DNA of 32,000 nt from Candidatus Methylomirabilis oxygeniifera (GTDB lineage Bacteria > Methylomirabilota > Methylomirabilia > Methylomirabilales > Methylomirabilaceae). The stretch is from assembly GCA_000091165.1 (NCBI GenBank), contig FP565575.1, positions 1,980,001 to 2,012,000 of the forward strand. Direction: 5' to 3'. The position numbers and the translations under genes are program-made. This document shows positions 1 to 9,641 of the stretch, in pieces. Every line of letters begins with the position of its first letter. The stretch's first letter is position 1. The notes under the pieces are model-generated. The model saw only the letters and a list, made by a program, of their open reading frames with translations, did not search any database and had not been told where the DNA came from.

Positions 1-616
1 CGTCAGGTTCGTGAACACGGCCACGTCAAACTCGCAGCCATCAACGCGATGCAAAGCCAGGGCGTGCGATGAGACCTCCATGACCACACTATCGGCGCGC
101 AGACGCGCCATCCGTTCGAGGAGCGCTTGCAGATCGCAGGATTCCGGTGTGGTCCGCGCCGCCTCCAGCTCCAGCTCGTTACAGCGATACCCGATCGTGC
201 CGATCAGTCCGACCTGATGCCCCGCGCACCGTAGCACCGACTCGACCAGGTAGGTCGTGGTGGTCTTGCCGTTGGTCCCGGTCACTCCCACCATGGAGAG
301 ACTGCGCGAGGGATGACCGTAGAACCGACACGCAACGGCAGCAAGGCTTTGCCGGGTATTCGCCACCTTCACCACCGTCCCGCCCTGCAGCGCCGCCTCC
401 GTCAGATCGGTTCGCTCTACCAGGGCTGCAACAGCGCCTGCTGCCCAGGCGGCCTGAATAAAGTCGTGGCCATCCCGCCTGAACCCTCCGATACATACGA
501 ACAGATCGCCGGGCTTTACCTGTCTGGAATCGTACCGGATCTCATGAACCTCCAGATCGACGGACCCGCGGAGGACCTGGTGCTCGGTTCCGTTAATTAA
601 GTCGAAAAGCTGCATT
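1..616 (-). CDS. murE: UDP-N-acetylmuramyl tripeptide synthase MurE, N-terminal part (runs off the left edge)
   Basis: Minus-strand translation from ATG at 616: MQLFDLINGTEHQVLRGSVDLEIHEVRYDSRQVKPGDLFVCIGGF...MVGVTGTNGKTTTTYLVESVL. Contains the Mur ligase ATP-binding motif GTNGKTTT. Absent from the ORF track because the stop lies outside the window. Confidence 0.93.
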
Positions 617-2386
617 GCGGATCCCTTCCGCCAGCCGAAACGGCGCTCGGTCAACTGGGGTCTTCCTAAGGTGCTTCAGGGACTCACGAGCAATCTCCCG
701 GAACGTCGGCGCCGCAATCGATCCGCCCCAACGGAGTGTGGTCGGCTCATCAATGATGACGATAATAGCCAGTCGAGGCCGCTCTACCGGGACAAACCCG
801 ACAAACGACGCCACCACCTTATGTCGAGAGTAACGGCCGGTCGCTCGATCTACCTTCTGAGAGGTCCCGGTCTTGCCTGCTACTTCGAATCCCTCCACGG
901 CAGCGGCCTTTCCCGTTCCTTCCGTCACGACTCCCTTAAGAATAGTCGCAAGGGTTCTCGCGGTATCTTCCGAGATAACTCGTCTGACCTGCATCGGTGC
1001 GTTCTCGAGGACAACTTGGCCGTCCGCCGCAACGATTGATTTCGCAACGTATGGACGAATCAGGTTGCCGCCGTTCGCAATAGCGCTCATCGCCGTTAAC
1101 ATCTGCAGCGGACTGACGGAGATCTCCTGTCCGATGGAGAGCGATGCGAGCGAGAGGGCCGACCACTCCTTCGGACGTCGGATCAAACCGGGCGTCTCTC
1201 CCGGCAGATCGATCTTAGTAAGATTCCCGAACCCGAACCCGCTGATGTAATCGTAGTAGTGGCTTTTGCCTAACCGCTGGCCGACCCTAATAGCCCCCAC
1301 ATTACTGGAGTGAGCCATCACCTCGGCAAACGTGAGGGTCTCAAACCGTTCGTGATCCCGAATCGTGACCCCGCCCACCTCGATGGCGCCCCCCTCAGCG
1401 TTGAACCGGTCTTCTGGCCGCACAAGCCTTTCCTCCAGGGCACCGGCGCCCACGATGGCCTTGAATGCCGACCCCGGCTCGTAGTAATCAGCCACCGCGC
1501 GATTCCGACGGGCGAACGCCGATGCCTCGGCATACACATTAGGGTCAAACGTCGGATAGTTGGCAAGCGCCAGGATCTCGCCGCTGAAAGGATCCATCAC
1601 AATGGCGCTGCCGCTGAGCGCGACGGATTGGCTCACCGCAGCCTCCAGCTCCCGCTCAGTGATATACTGGATCACCTCATCAATCGTCAGATGCAGATCT
1701 GAACCCTGTGCTTCGCCGGCTTCCTCTCTGAAGATCGGCCGACGCTTGGCATCCTGTTGCCGCATGATCCACTTACGCTTACCGGCCAGGTAGATATCGT
1801 ACTGCAGTTCAAGTCCTTCCAGTCCCTGGTCGTCCGTCCCGACAAATCCCAGCAGGTGGGCTGCCTGTTGGGATTTCGGATAAAATCGCTTACCATGCAC
1901 ATCGGATCCGATCCCCTTCAGCATAAGGCGCTCCACTGCCTCCGCCTCCTCAGCAGAGGCTGATCGCTTGAGGTAGACAAACGACTTTCCTGCTCGCAAT
2001 CGCTCAAGGATCTTTTCGGCAGGCAGGCCAAGTGCGGCCGAAAGGGCTGCGGAGGCGCGCTCCGGATTCTCTACTTTGGAGGGTCGAGCAAAGATCGAAG
2101 AGGTCGCGAGGCTGATAGCCAGCTCCCGACCGTTGCGATCGTAAATCGTTCCGCGTCTGGACACCGATGGGACACGCTTCGAGACCTGTCCATCGGCAAC
2201 CTTCACCAGCTCCGAGTATCGAAATACCTGGAGAGAAAAGAGTTGGCCGGAAATAATCGTGAGGGCTGCCGCGAGTGAGCAGAACAGTATGATGATGCGA
2301 CGTCGTAACAGACCGCGCTTCATCGGCGCGGGCGTGGCCTCTCCTTTGTCGGATGATTTTCCGGGAGCACGACGTTGCATCCGCAT
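593..2386 (-). CDS. ftsI: Peptidoglycan D,D-transpeptidase FtsI / PBP3-type
   Basis: 597 aa; N-terminal TM segment, SRRGTIYDRNGRELA, SSNVGAI and KTGTSQK transpeptidase motifs; located in a dcw cluster. Confidence 0.95.
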   Translation of the reverse strand: MRMQRRAPGKSSDKGEATPAPMKRGLLRRRIIILFCSLAAALTIISGQLFSLQVFRYSELVKVADGQVSKRVPSVSRRGTIYDRNGRELAISLATSSIFARPSKVENPERASAALSAALGLPAEKILERLRAGKSFVYLKRSASAEEAEAVERLMLKGIGSDVHGKRFYPKSQQAAHLLGFVGTDDQGLEGLELQYDIYLAGKRKWIMRQQDAKRRPIFREEAGEAQGSDLHLTIDEVIQYITERELEAAVSQSVALSGSAIVMDPFSGEILALANYPTFDPNVYAEASAFARRNRAVADYYEPGSAFKAIVGAGALEERLVRPEDRFNAEGGAIEVGGVTIRDHERFETLTFAEVMAHSSNVGAIRVGQRLGKSHYYDYISGFGFGNLTKIDLPGETPGLIRRPKEWSALSLASLSIGQEISVSPLQMLTAMSAIANGGNLIRPYVAKSIVAADGQVVLENAPMQVRRVISEDTARTLATILKGVVTEGTGKAAAVEGFEVAGKTGTSQKVDRATGRYSRHKVVASFVGFVPVERPRLAIIVIIDEPTTLRWGGSIAAPTFREIARESLKHLRKTPVDRAPFRLAEGIRNAAFRLN

Positions 2387-2402
2387 ACCGTTCTTCCGAA
2401 GA

Positions 2403-2753
2403 TTACTCGAGTACGATCACTTGACCTGACTTCGGGCTGGTGAGCCCAAGCTGGCCGCGGGCAATCTCTTCCACACGGCGGAGCGACATGAGCCGGGCCA
2501 CATCGAGGCGCAGCTCTTTCTGTTGCTGAATGAGGGCGGTGCGCTCCCCCGCGAGGTATTCTACCTCGTACCCCAATCGAACGACCTGAACGTGCTGCCA
2601 GACGTAAAACAGGACTACAACCAGGACGGCGCCTCCCAGCACCAACGACTGGAGCAGATCGAACCCTCGAATCTGATCGAACCGCGGCCTCAGCAGGCTG
2701 CTTGCCCGGTCTCGTCCGACTGATGTCCACGCGGCAATACTTTGACCTCTCAT
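2403..2753 (-). CDS. ftsL: Cell division protein FtsL-like
   Basis: Small bitopic coiled-coil protein (SLVLGGAVLVVVLFYVWQHVQVVRLGYEVEYL...) between rsmH and ftsI. Start moved to the internal Met at 2753 to avoid overlap with rsmH. Confidence 0.75.
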   Translation of the reverse strand: MRGQSIAAWTSVGRDRASSLLRPRFDQIRGFDLLQSLVLGGAVLVVVLFYVWQHVQVVRLGYEVEYLAGERTALIQQQKELRLDVARLMSLRRVEEIARGQLGLTSPKSGQVIVLE

Positions 2754-2766
2754 CCCATTCCCTCCT

Positions 2767-3684
2767 CTAGCACCGTTCTGCAGCCCGAAGCTTGGCGCTA
2801 CGGGCACGCGGATTGATCTCACTCTCCCGTTCCGTTGGGACAACCGGCCGTTTGGTCAGAAGACGAACACGCGGCGGCTCCGAACGCGCCCATCCCCGAA
2901 ACACCTCCTTGACAATCCGATCCTCCAGGGAGTGAAAACTGATAACGCAGATCCTGCCTCCAACGGCAAGCAGTTCAACGGCATTCTGCAGACCGCGACG
3001 CAGTCTGGCCAGCTCATCGTTCACGGCAATGCGTAACGCTTGGAAGGTTCGTGTCGCGACATGGATTCGCCGAGGCCAGGCGCGCCGTGGCACTGCCGCA
3101 GCCACCAGACGTGCAAGCTGAGCGGTGGAGGTGAGCGGCTGCGTCCGACGCGCTTCTACGATCCGCGCCGCGATCCGCTTCGCCCAACGCTCCTCGCCGT
3201 AGTCTTGCAACAGCCTCGCAAGTTCTCGCTCCGGAATCCGAGCGAGCAGTTCTGCTGCCGACTTGTCACATCCCTGACGATCCATCCGCATGTCCAGCAG
3301 CCCATCCCTCATAAAGCTGAATCCCCTGGAGGCGTTGTCCATTTGAAATGATGAAAAACCGAGATCAAACAGGATACCGTCGAAAGGCCTCCATTCGTTC
3401 TCGGCGGCGATAGCGCCCAAACTGGCGAAATCACCATAGCGCAACTCAACCCGACTCCCGAACTGCCCAAGACGGCCCTTGGCTAAGGCCAGAGCCTCGA
3501 CATCACGATCGATCCCGCACAGACAACCCGTCGGTGCGCTCTCGATCAGGAGGGTTTCCGCATGCCCTCCCAATCCTACGGTCGCATCGAGGTAGCAACC
3601 GCCCGGCCGCGGTTGTAGGAAGGCTACCGTCTCCTCCAACAGGACCGGGAGATGCCGACCCTCGACGGTCACGTCTCCTTCCAA
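2767..3684 (-). CDS. rsmH: 16S rRNA (cytosine(1402)-N(4))-methyltransferase RsmH (MraW)
   Basis: HLPVLLEETVAFL...YLDATVGLGGHAE, GILFDLGFSSFQMD, ISFHSLEDRIVK motifs; next to mraZ. Confidence 0.96.
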   Translation of the reverse strand: MEGDVTVEGRHLPVLLEETVAFLQPRPGGCYLDATVGLGGHAETLLIESAPTGCLCGIDRDVEALALAKGRLGQFGSRVELRYGDFASLGAIAAENEWRPFDGILFDLGFSSFQMDNASRGFSFMRDGLLDMRMDRQGCDKSAAELLARIPERELARLLQDYGEERWAKRIAARIVEARRTQPLTSTAQLARLVAAAVPRRAWPRRIHVATRTFQALRIAVNDELARLRRGLQNAVELLAVGGRICVISFHSLEDRIVKEVFRGWARSEPPRVRLLTKRPVVPTERESEINPRARSAKLRAAERC

Positions 3685-3704
3685 GGCGCCCCCACATCTC
3701 GCAC

Positions 3705-4154
3705 CTACACACGGATCCCGAGTTCCGCCAGCTTACCCGCGTAATCCTCAGGGTCCCGCTCCTGGGCGCAAAAGGATGTCCAACGTTCTCTGTTCCAGAT
3801 TTCGATCTTGTCCAACACCCCAACGATCACGACATCCCGTCGCAGATCTGCCTTTTCCCGAAGTTGCGGGGGGATCAGGATTCGCCCCTGACTGTCAACC
3901 GTCGACTCGACCGCATGAGCCGAGATGAGGCGAGCGTACTCCCGAAACTTCCTGTCCGAGTTTCCGTGACTCAGGAGATTCTGCTCAATCTGCTGCCAAG
4001 CTTTGATCGGGTAGGCTACGATGCAGGCGTCAAACAGGGGATCGACGAGGATAAGCTCACGCTCTCGCCGCCGTTTAAGAATCTCGCGGTATCTGGCCGG
4101 GATGCTGAGCCGTCCCTTGTCGTCAATGGCGTGTTCGAAGCTTCCGCGGAACAT
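3705..4154 (-). CDS. mraZ: Transcriptional regulator MraZ
   Basis: MFRGSFEHAIDDKGRLSIPARYRE...; second SpoVT/AbrB-like repeat VDSQGRILIPPQLR. Confidence 0.96.
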   Translation of the reverse strand: MFRGSFEHAIDDKGRLSIPARYREILKRRRERELILVDPLFDACIVAYPIKAWQQIEQNLLSHGNSDRKFREYARLISAHAVESTVDSQGRILIPPQLREKADLRRDVVIVGVLDKIEIWNRERWTSFCAQERDPEDYAGKLAELGIRV

Positions 4155-4184
4155 GGGATCACACCGCTTTTCGATGGTAGTTTA

Positions 4185-4248
4185 TACCATTTCATCCCAC
4201 CTCATCCCACTGTGTCGCAACGATATTCCCACCCGTTTGCGTTGTCAA
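4185..4248 (-). promoter_or_regulatory. mraZ promoter with MraZ-box operator
   Basis: Minus strand: TTGACA (4248-4243), 17-nt spacer, TATCGT (4225-4220), followed by TGGGA/TGGGA/TGGTA boxes at 4209-4205, 4199-4195 and 4189-4185, with exact 10-nt phasing. Confidence 0.8.
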
Positions 4249-4383
4249 GAAAAATATGATGGGAAATCGGCGATCGGCTATTCGCTGTCAGTCTTCAGCA
4301 ACAACGATCCGCTGATGGCTCACAGTCGGCATTCGAACGACGTCGCGCTGAGTGCTGATAGCTGACGGCTGGCAGGACGAATT

Positions 4384-5232
4384 TCAGGCAGGTGTGATGA
4401 TACAGTTATCAATGAGGCGCGTCTCGCCGAATCGCACGGCGAGGGCCAACAATACGGGGCCATCAACGCGATCGAGCGGCTGCAGCGTGTCCGGGTGACA
4501 GAGAGTCACATAATCGATCCGCGCCAACGGTTCACCTTCGATCATTGCTCGTACCGCATCAACGATGGTCTTGGCGCTGCGCTCCCCGATCTTCACCCGC
4601 TCTTCCGCACGGCTGAGCGACGCATAGAGGACAGCGGCCGCCCGTCGCTGCGGCGTCGTCAACCGAACGTTTCGAGAGCTCATCGCGAGGCCGTCGGCCT
4701 CACGCGCGGTTGGCAGCACCACGACATCAAGGCCAAAGTGAAGATCCGCTACCAAGCGCCGAACTACCACCGATTGCTGATAGTCCTTCTGTCCGAAGTA
4801 GGCCCGGTGCGGCCTGATAAGATTGAACAGTTTCGCGACCAGTGTGGTGACACCGTGAAAGTGGCCCGGACGCGATGCGCCGCACAACCCTTCGGTGAGC
4901 TCGGTGACGTCAACGTATGTCTGAAAGCCCTTCGGGTAGATCGCCTCTGCGGACGGCGTAAACGCCAGATCGACCCCTGCCCTCTCCGCCTGGGCCAGAT
5001 CCCCTGGCAGATCCCGTGGGTAGCTGTCGAAATCCTCTCCCCGTCCGAATTGAATCGGATTCACAAAGATACTCACCACGACGATATCGTTGTTCTTGCA
5101 CGCGCTCCGCATAAGCGAGACGTGTCCCTCGTGAAAGGCACCCATTGTCGGCACAAGTCCGATGGTCTTCCCTTCGCGCCGAAGCGACTCACAGCAGCGT
5201 TGGATTGCGGACGGTTCATCAATGACTTGCAC
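4384..5232 (-). CDS. panC: Pantoate--beta-alanine ligase
   Basis: TIGLVPTMGAFHEGHVSLMR, VVSIFVNPIQF, FHGVTTLVAKLFN, FGQKDYQQ motifs. Confidence 0.97.
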   Translation of the reverse strand: MQVIDEPSAIQRCCESLRREGKTIGLVPTMGAFHEGHVSLMRSACKNNDIVVVSIFVNPIQFGRGEDFDSYPRDLPGDLAQAERAGVDLAFTPSAEAIYPKGFQTYVDVTELTEGLCGASRPGHFHGVTTLVAKLFNLIRPHRAYFGQKDYQQSVVVRRLVADLHFGLDVVVLPTAREADGLAMSSRNVRLTTPQRRAAAVLYASLSRAEERVKIGERSAKTIVDAVRAMIEGEPLARIDYVTLCHPDTLQPLDRVDGPVLLALAVRFGETRLIDNCIITPA

Positions 5233-5312
5233 GACAGTCTTTACCCTTTTGATCTCTCAGAACTCCAAATCCACCCCGACCCCACTGTGATGAATGGAAG
5301 CGAGGGGGGATT

Positions 5313-6155
5313 TTACAGCTCCAGCAGGGCGTTCTCGGTCTCCTGGTCGATCGGATATGTATGTTCGGCCTCAGGGAATCGGCAATCGATCACGTCCTGC
5401 CGAAATTGGCCCACAGCATCGCCGATGATCCCGGCGAGATTCGCGTACTGCTTCGTGAACCTTGGGACAAAACGATCGAACAGCCCGAGCAGGTCGTGGA
5501 GGACCAGCACCTGACCGTCACAATGAGGCCCGGCGCCGATCCCGATGGTAGGCACCGTCAACCTGTCGGTAATAACCCTGGCGAGCGCACCGGGAATCGC
5601 CTCAAGTACGATCGCGAAGACCCCCGCCTGCTCAAGCGCCAGAGCATCCTCAAGGATGCGGCGGGCGTCGTCGAGCCCTTTCCCCTGAACCTTCAACCCT
5701 TCCTGCAAGACCGCCGTTTGTGGGGTCAGCCCAACATGTCCCATGACCGGAATCCCCGCCTCCACAATCGCCCTCACACATGGGAGCGAAGGCCAACCTC
5801 GCTCGACCTTGACAGCGTGAGCCAGGCCCTCTTTTATGAACCGCCCGGCGTTTCTGATTGCATCGGCCGGTTCGGCCTCATACGACATGAACGGCATGTC
5901 GGCAATTATCATGGCTCGTTTGACAGCGCGGGTCACTGCCTTGGTCATCATGAGCATCTCGTCCATGGTGACAGGGATCGTCGTCTCATATCCCAGGACC
6001 GTCATCCCGCCGGAGTCACCCACCAGGATCAGATCGATCCCGGCACGATCAACCAGCAACGCCATCGGATAATCATACGCCGTCAGCATGGTGATCTTCC
6101 GCCCTTCGCGCTTCATCTGCTGCAGCGTGACCGTCCTGACCGTCTGACTGGTCAT
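5313..6155 (-). CDS. panB: 3-methyl-2-oxobutanoate hydroxymethyltransferase
   Basis: ITMLTAYDYPMALLVDRAGIDLILVGDS, PVMGHVGLTPQ motifs. Confidence 0.97.
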   Translation of the reverse strand: MTSQTVRTVTLQQMKREGRKITMLTAYDYPMALLVDRAGIDLILVGDSGGMTVLGYETTIPVTMDEMLMMTKAVTRAVKRAMIIADMPFMSYEAEPADAIRNAGRFIKEGLAHAVKVERGWPSLPCVRAIVEAGIPVMGHVGLTPQTAVLQEGLKVQGKGLDDARRILEDALALEQAGVFAIVLEAIPGALARVITDRLTVPTIGIGAGPHCDGQVLVLHDLLGLFDRFVPRFTKQYANLAGIIGDAVGQFRQDVIDCRFPEAEHTYPIDQETENALLEL

Positions 6156-6159
6156 GATC

Positions 6160-6329
6160 GATCGTAACTACTCAGGTAGATAGGCTGGAGGCTGAAGGCT
6201 TTTAGGGGTAAGTCATGCGTGATCATACAAAACTCCGAAAAGGTCTTGAATGGCTTGATTCGTGCCTTGCGAGATAATTTAGAACCTTCAGTCTTCAGTC
6301 TACAGCCTAAACGCCTTGTAGTTACGATC
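6160..6329. mobile_element. MITE-like element (170 bp) with a four-helix-bundle gene relic
   Basis: Perfect 12-bp terminal inverted repeats GATCGTAACTAC (6160-6171) / GTAGTTACGATC (6318-6329); internal plus-strand MRDHTKLRK (6215-6241), then in the next frame VLNGLIRALRDNLE (6243-6284). Confidence 0.6.
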
Positions 6330-6334
6330 GGTCC

Positions 6335-6991
6335 TTACGTGCGGGATCCGAGCGGCACATAGTATTGGGTGCCTGGCCGAACCGTCTCGATCTGTTTAAC
6401 CAGATCTTCAAAATCCTCCTTGTGCCTGACAAAGTCGATCTCGTTGGTATTGACAACTAGCAGCGGCGTCGCTGAATAGTGAAAGAAAAAATGGTTGTAG
6501 GCGGCGTTGACGTCCTCCAGGTAGGACTGCTCCAGCTCACGCTCGGACGCCCGCGCCCGTGACTGAATCCGTCGAATCAGGACATCGGTGCCGGCCTGCA
6601 GATACAGGACGAGGTCGGGTTTGACGACGCGCGTCTCCAGAAGCGGCTGCAACCGCTCGTAAAGGGCCAGCTCGTTGTCGTCGAGCGTCAGGTACGCAAA
6701 GATCTTGTCTTTGACGAATAGATAGTCGCTCACCAGCGACTGCTTAAAAAGATCGAACTGGGCCAGTTCCTGCTGTTGGCGGAATCGGTTCAACAGGAAA
6801 TAGAGCTGGGTCTGAAAGGCATACCGACGCATGTCGGTGTAGAATTGCGTAATAAATGGATTCTCGTCGGGACCCTCCAACAACTTACCGGCTTGAAGCC
6901 GTTCCGCCAGCAATTCGGCGAGGCTCGTCTTGCCGACACCGATCGGCCCTTCGACCACGATGTAACGAGGTTTGAGTGCGCGACCAGTCAT
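6335..6991 (-). CDS. Deoxynucleoside kinase family (deoxyadenosine/deoxyguanosine kinase-like)
   Basis: YIVVEGPIGVGKTSLAELL P-loop, LYLQAGTDVLIRRIQSRARASE; start directly abuts the folK stop. Confidence 0.88.
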   Translation of the reverse strand: MTGRALKPRYIVVEGPIGVGKTSLAELLAERLQAGKLLEGPDENPFITQFYTDMRRYAFQTQLYFLLNRFRQQQELAQFDLFKQSLVSDYLFVKDKIFAYLTLDDNELALYERLQPLLETRVVKPDLVLYLQAGTDVLIRRIQSRARASERELEQSYLEDVNAAYNHFFFHYSATPLLVVNTNEIDFVRHKEDFEDLVKQIETVRPGTQYYVPLGSRT

Positions 6992-7522
6992 CTATGCATC
7001 CTCGCCAGACCACGCACACCAGGCTGCCGGAGCCAACAGCCGGACGCGCGACGAATCGTCGACACGATCGAGCAACTGCTGCATGGTGACGCCAAAGACA
7101 GGATGGCGGAGAGCCGGATCAAGTTCGCAGAGTGGTGTCAGGACAAAACGCCGCTGATGCAGCCGCGGGTGGGGGAGGATCAAATTCGGTTGCTCCACAA
7201 CCTGTGAACCCATGAGCAGCAGGTCGAGATCGATACTCCGATCCACGCCTTGCGCTCGCTCTGCCGCGCGACCCATGCTCCGTTCAATCCGTTGTAGTTC
7301 GAGGAGCAATGCGCCCGGCGTTAGCTCAGCCTGCACCAAGACGACTCCGTTAACAAACCAGCCGCCGGTGGCGGGAGGAACTGGCGCGGTCTCATAGAGC
7401 GATGAGGCGCGTCTCACTGCGACCCCCGCGATCTCCGATATAGCCCTAATAGCTGTCTGACAGCGTTCGATTCGGTCGCCCAGATTAGATCCGATCCCGA
7501 TATACGCGCAATCGCTCATCAT
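6992..7522 (-). CDS. folK: 2-amino-4-hydroxy-6-hydroxymethyldihydropteridine pyrophosphokinase
   Basis: AYIGIGSNLGDR, RSIDLDLLLMG, LPHPRLHQRRFVLTPL motifs. Confidence 0.95.
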   Translation of the reverse strand: MMSDCAYIGIGSNLGDRIERCQTAIRAISEIAGVAVRRASSLYETAPVPPATGGWFVNGVVLVQAELTPGALLLELQRIERSMGRAAERAQGVDRSIDLDLLLMGSQVVEQPNLILPHPRLHQRRFVLTPLCELDPALRHPVFGVTMQQLLDRVDDSSRVRLLAPAAWCAWSGEDA

Positions 7523-7579
7523 CGAGGGTATGGGGCACAGGGCTTAGGGTAGAACAAGACACGGGCCCGCCGGCTAAAG

Positions 7580-8761
7580 CTATCTTGGCCGGAGATTCGA
7601 GGCGGCAATCCGCTCAATCGCCTCCCTAATCCGGGAGACGTCCACCGTCAGGGCCGCTCGGATATACCCTTCACCGCTCCGGCCAAATCCTGTCCCCGGG
7701 GTCATGACAATACCGACATCAGAAAGTAGCGCCGAGGCGAAGGAAGCGGAGGTATGTTCCTTCGGAACACCGATCCAGACATAGAAGGTCGCTTGAGGTT
7801 TGTCCACCACGAATCCGAGCGCCAACAGACCATCTACAAGCGCATCGCGCCTCTCTTTGTAGACGGCCCTCATCGCCTCAACACACTCCTGCGGGCCGTT
7901 CAGCGCCGCGATGGCAGCCTCCTGCACCGCCTGGAAGACCCCTGAGTCCAGGTTGGTCTTAATCCGGCCAAGGCCGGACAGCACCTCACGGCAGCCGACC
8001 GCAAATCCAATCCGCCATCCGGTCATGTTGTACGTCTTGGACAGTGAATGGTACTCAATGGCCACGTCTTTTGCCCCCTCCACCGCCAAGAGGCTCTCCG
8101 GCAGGTACCCGTCGTACGCCATCTCGGAATAGGCTGCGTCGTGGCAGAGAATCAGCCGGTGTCTGCGCGCAAAGGCGACCGCCTCGGCAAAAAAGGCCCC
8201 GGACGCCACAGCAGCCGTCGGATTATTGGGGTAGTTCAGGAACATGATCCGAGCCTTCTTCAGAACCTCCGATGGGATCGCTTCAAGATCCGGCAGGAAC
8301 GACCGTTCCCGCGTAAGCGGCATAAAGTACGGGATCCCGTCGGCAAAGACGGTTCCTGCCTGATACACCGGATAGCCTGGATCGGGAACCAGGACGACGT
8401 CACCCGGATCGATAAACGCGAGGGGGATGTGGCCGATCCCCTCTTTCGATCCGATCAGGCTCAGCACCTCAGTCTGCGGGTCAAGCGTCACGCCGAACCG
8501 TTTACCGTACCAGTCGGCCACGGCCTGTCGAAAGCTCAGCATCCCTTCGTATGAAGGGTACTGGTGGTTGCGCGAGTCGGCCGAAGCCTGCTGCATCCTT
8601 GCGATGATGTGCGACGGTGTCGGCAGGTCAGGGTCGCCGACTCCCAGGTTGATGATATCCATGCCGCGACGGATCGCGTCCTGCTTCAAGCGGTCGATTT
8701 CAGCAAAGAGATACGGCGGCAGCTTTGACAGCCGCTGTGCCACACTAAAGGGTTCTCCCAT
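7580..8761 (-). CDS. dapL: LL-diaminopimelate aminotransferase (DapL-type class I/II aminotransferase)
   Basis: 393 aa; INLGVGDPDLPTP, FLNYPNNPTAAVA, HSLSKTYNMTGWRIGFAVG; context with dapB/dapA/dapF/lysA. Confidence 0.85.
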   Translation of the reverse strand: MGEPFSVAQRLSKLPPYLFAEIDRLKQDAIRRGMDIINLGVGDPDLPTPSHIIARMQQASADSRNHQYPSYEGMLSFRQAVADWYGKRFGVTLDPQTEVLSLIGSKEGIGHIPLAFIDPGDVVLVPDPGYPVYQAGTVFADGIPYFMPLTRERSFLPDLEAIPSEVLKKARIMFLNYPNNPTAAVASGAFFAEAVAFARRHRLILCHDAAYSEMAYDGYLPESLLAVEGAKDVAIEYHSLSKTYNMTGWRIGFAVGCREVLSGLGRIKTNLDSGVFQAVQEAAIAALNGPQECVEAMRAVYKERRDALVDGLLALGFVVDKPQATFYVWIGVPKEHTSASFASALLSDVGIVMTPGTGFGRSGEGYIRAALTVDVSRIREAIERIAASNLRPR

Positions 8762-8802
8762 GCCTTTCTTCTCCTCCTGGATTCTCTGTCAGCTTTCGGC
8801 TG

Positions 8803-9564
8803 TCAGCTTTGAGCAACAATCGTGTTACTCAGTCGGCCGATCCCTTCCACCTCGATCTCAATCGTATCGCCGGGCCGCATTGGACCGATCCCCGAAGGGG
8901 TGCCGGTAGTAATGACATCACCCGGATAGAGGGTCATGACCGTAGAGACAAAATGCAGCAGGTACGGCACCTCAAAGATCAGATTATTGATGTTGGACTC
9001 CTGCCGGACCACACCGTTCAGGAACGCCCGGATGGGGGCATCGGAGAGGTCCAGATCCGTCTCAACCCAAGGGCCGAACGGCGCGAAGGTATCGAACGAT
9101 TTTGCTCGAGTCCACTGTCCGTCTTGACGTTGCAGGTCTCTCGCTGTCACATCATTAAAGCAGACATACCCCAGGATGTAGCGATGCGCCTTCTCGACCG
9201 GTACGGCCCTCGCGGTCCTCTTCACAACGATTCCCAGCTCCGCCTCATAATCCAGCCGACCGCACGACTTCGGATAGATAATCCGGCCGCGATGGGGAAA
9301 CGACGCGCTCGACGGCTTTAAGAAGATGATCGGCTCGTCCGGGGTCTGCAGCTTCATCTCTTCGGCATGATCGCGATAGTTCAGGCCTACCCCCACGATC
9401 TTGGACGGCTCGGTCGGCGCAAGGAACCTGATCCGCTTCAGCGAATGCGTCCGATCCGTCACGATAAACTTGCCGAAGATGTCGCCCTGTATCTCCCGGA
9501 CAACACCGTCCTCTACGATACCGTATCGTGGTTGCTTGCCGACGACAAACCGCACAATCCGCAT
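8803..9564 (-). CDS. Fumarylacetoacetate hydrolase family protein
   Basis: KIVGVGLNYRDHAEEM, YEAELGIVV, TGTPSGIGPMRPGDTIEIEVEGIG; start chosen at the second Met (MRIVRF); the longer ORF starts at 9582. Confidence 0.9.
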   Translation of the reverse strand: MRIVRFVVGKQPRYGIVEDGVVREIQGDIFGKFIVTDRTHSLKRIRFLAPTEPSKIVGVGLNYRDHAEEMKLQTPDEPIIFLKPSSASFPHRGRIIYPKSCGRLDYEAELGIVVKRTARAVPVEKAHRYILGYVCFNDVTARDLQRQDGQWTRAKSFDTFAPFGPWVETDLDLSDAPIRAFLNGVVRQESNINNLIFEVPYLLHFVSTVMTLYPGDVITTGTPSGIGPMRPGDTIEIEVEGIGRLSNTIVAQS

Positions 9565-9641
9565 AATATAAGCTTTCAGCAATCAGGCAGTTAGGCCGAA
9601 GACTGAAGTATAAGAACAGGCCTTCGCTGCCTTCTATTAGT

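Noticed and set aside
593-616. Apparent overlap between ftsI and murE as possible gene disruption
   Set aside because: A 24-nt overlap of two intact co-directional genes in a dcw operon is normal.
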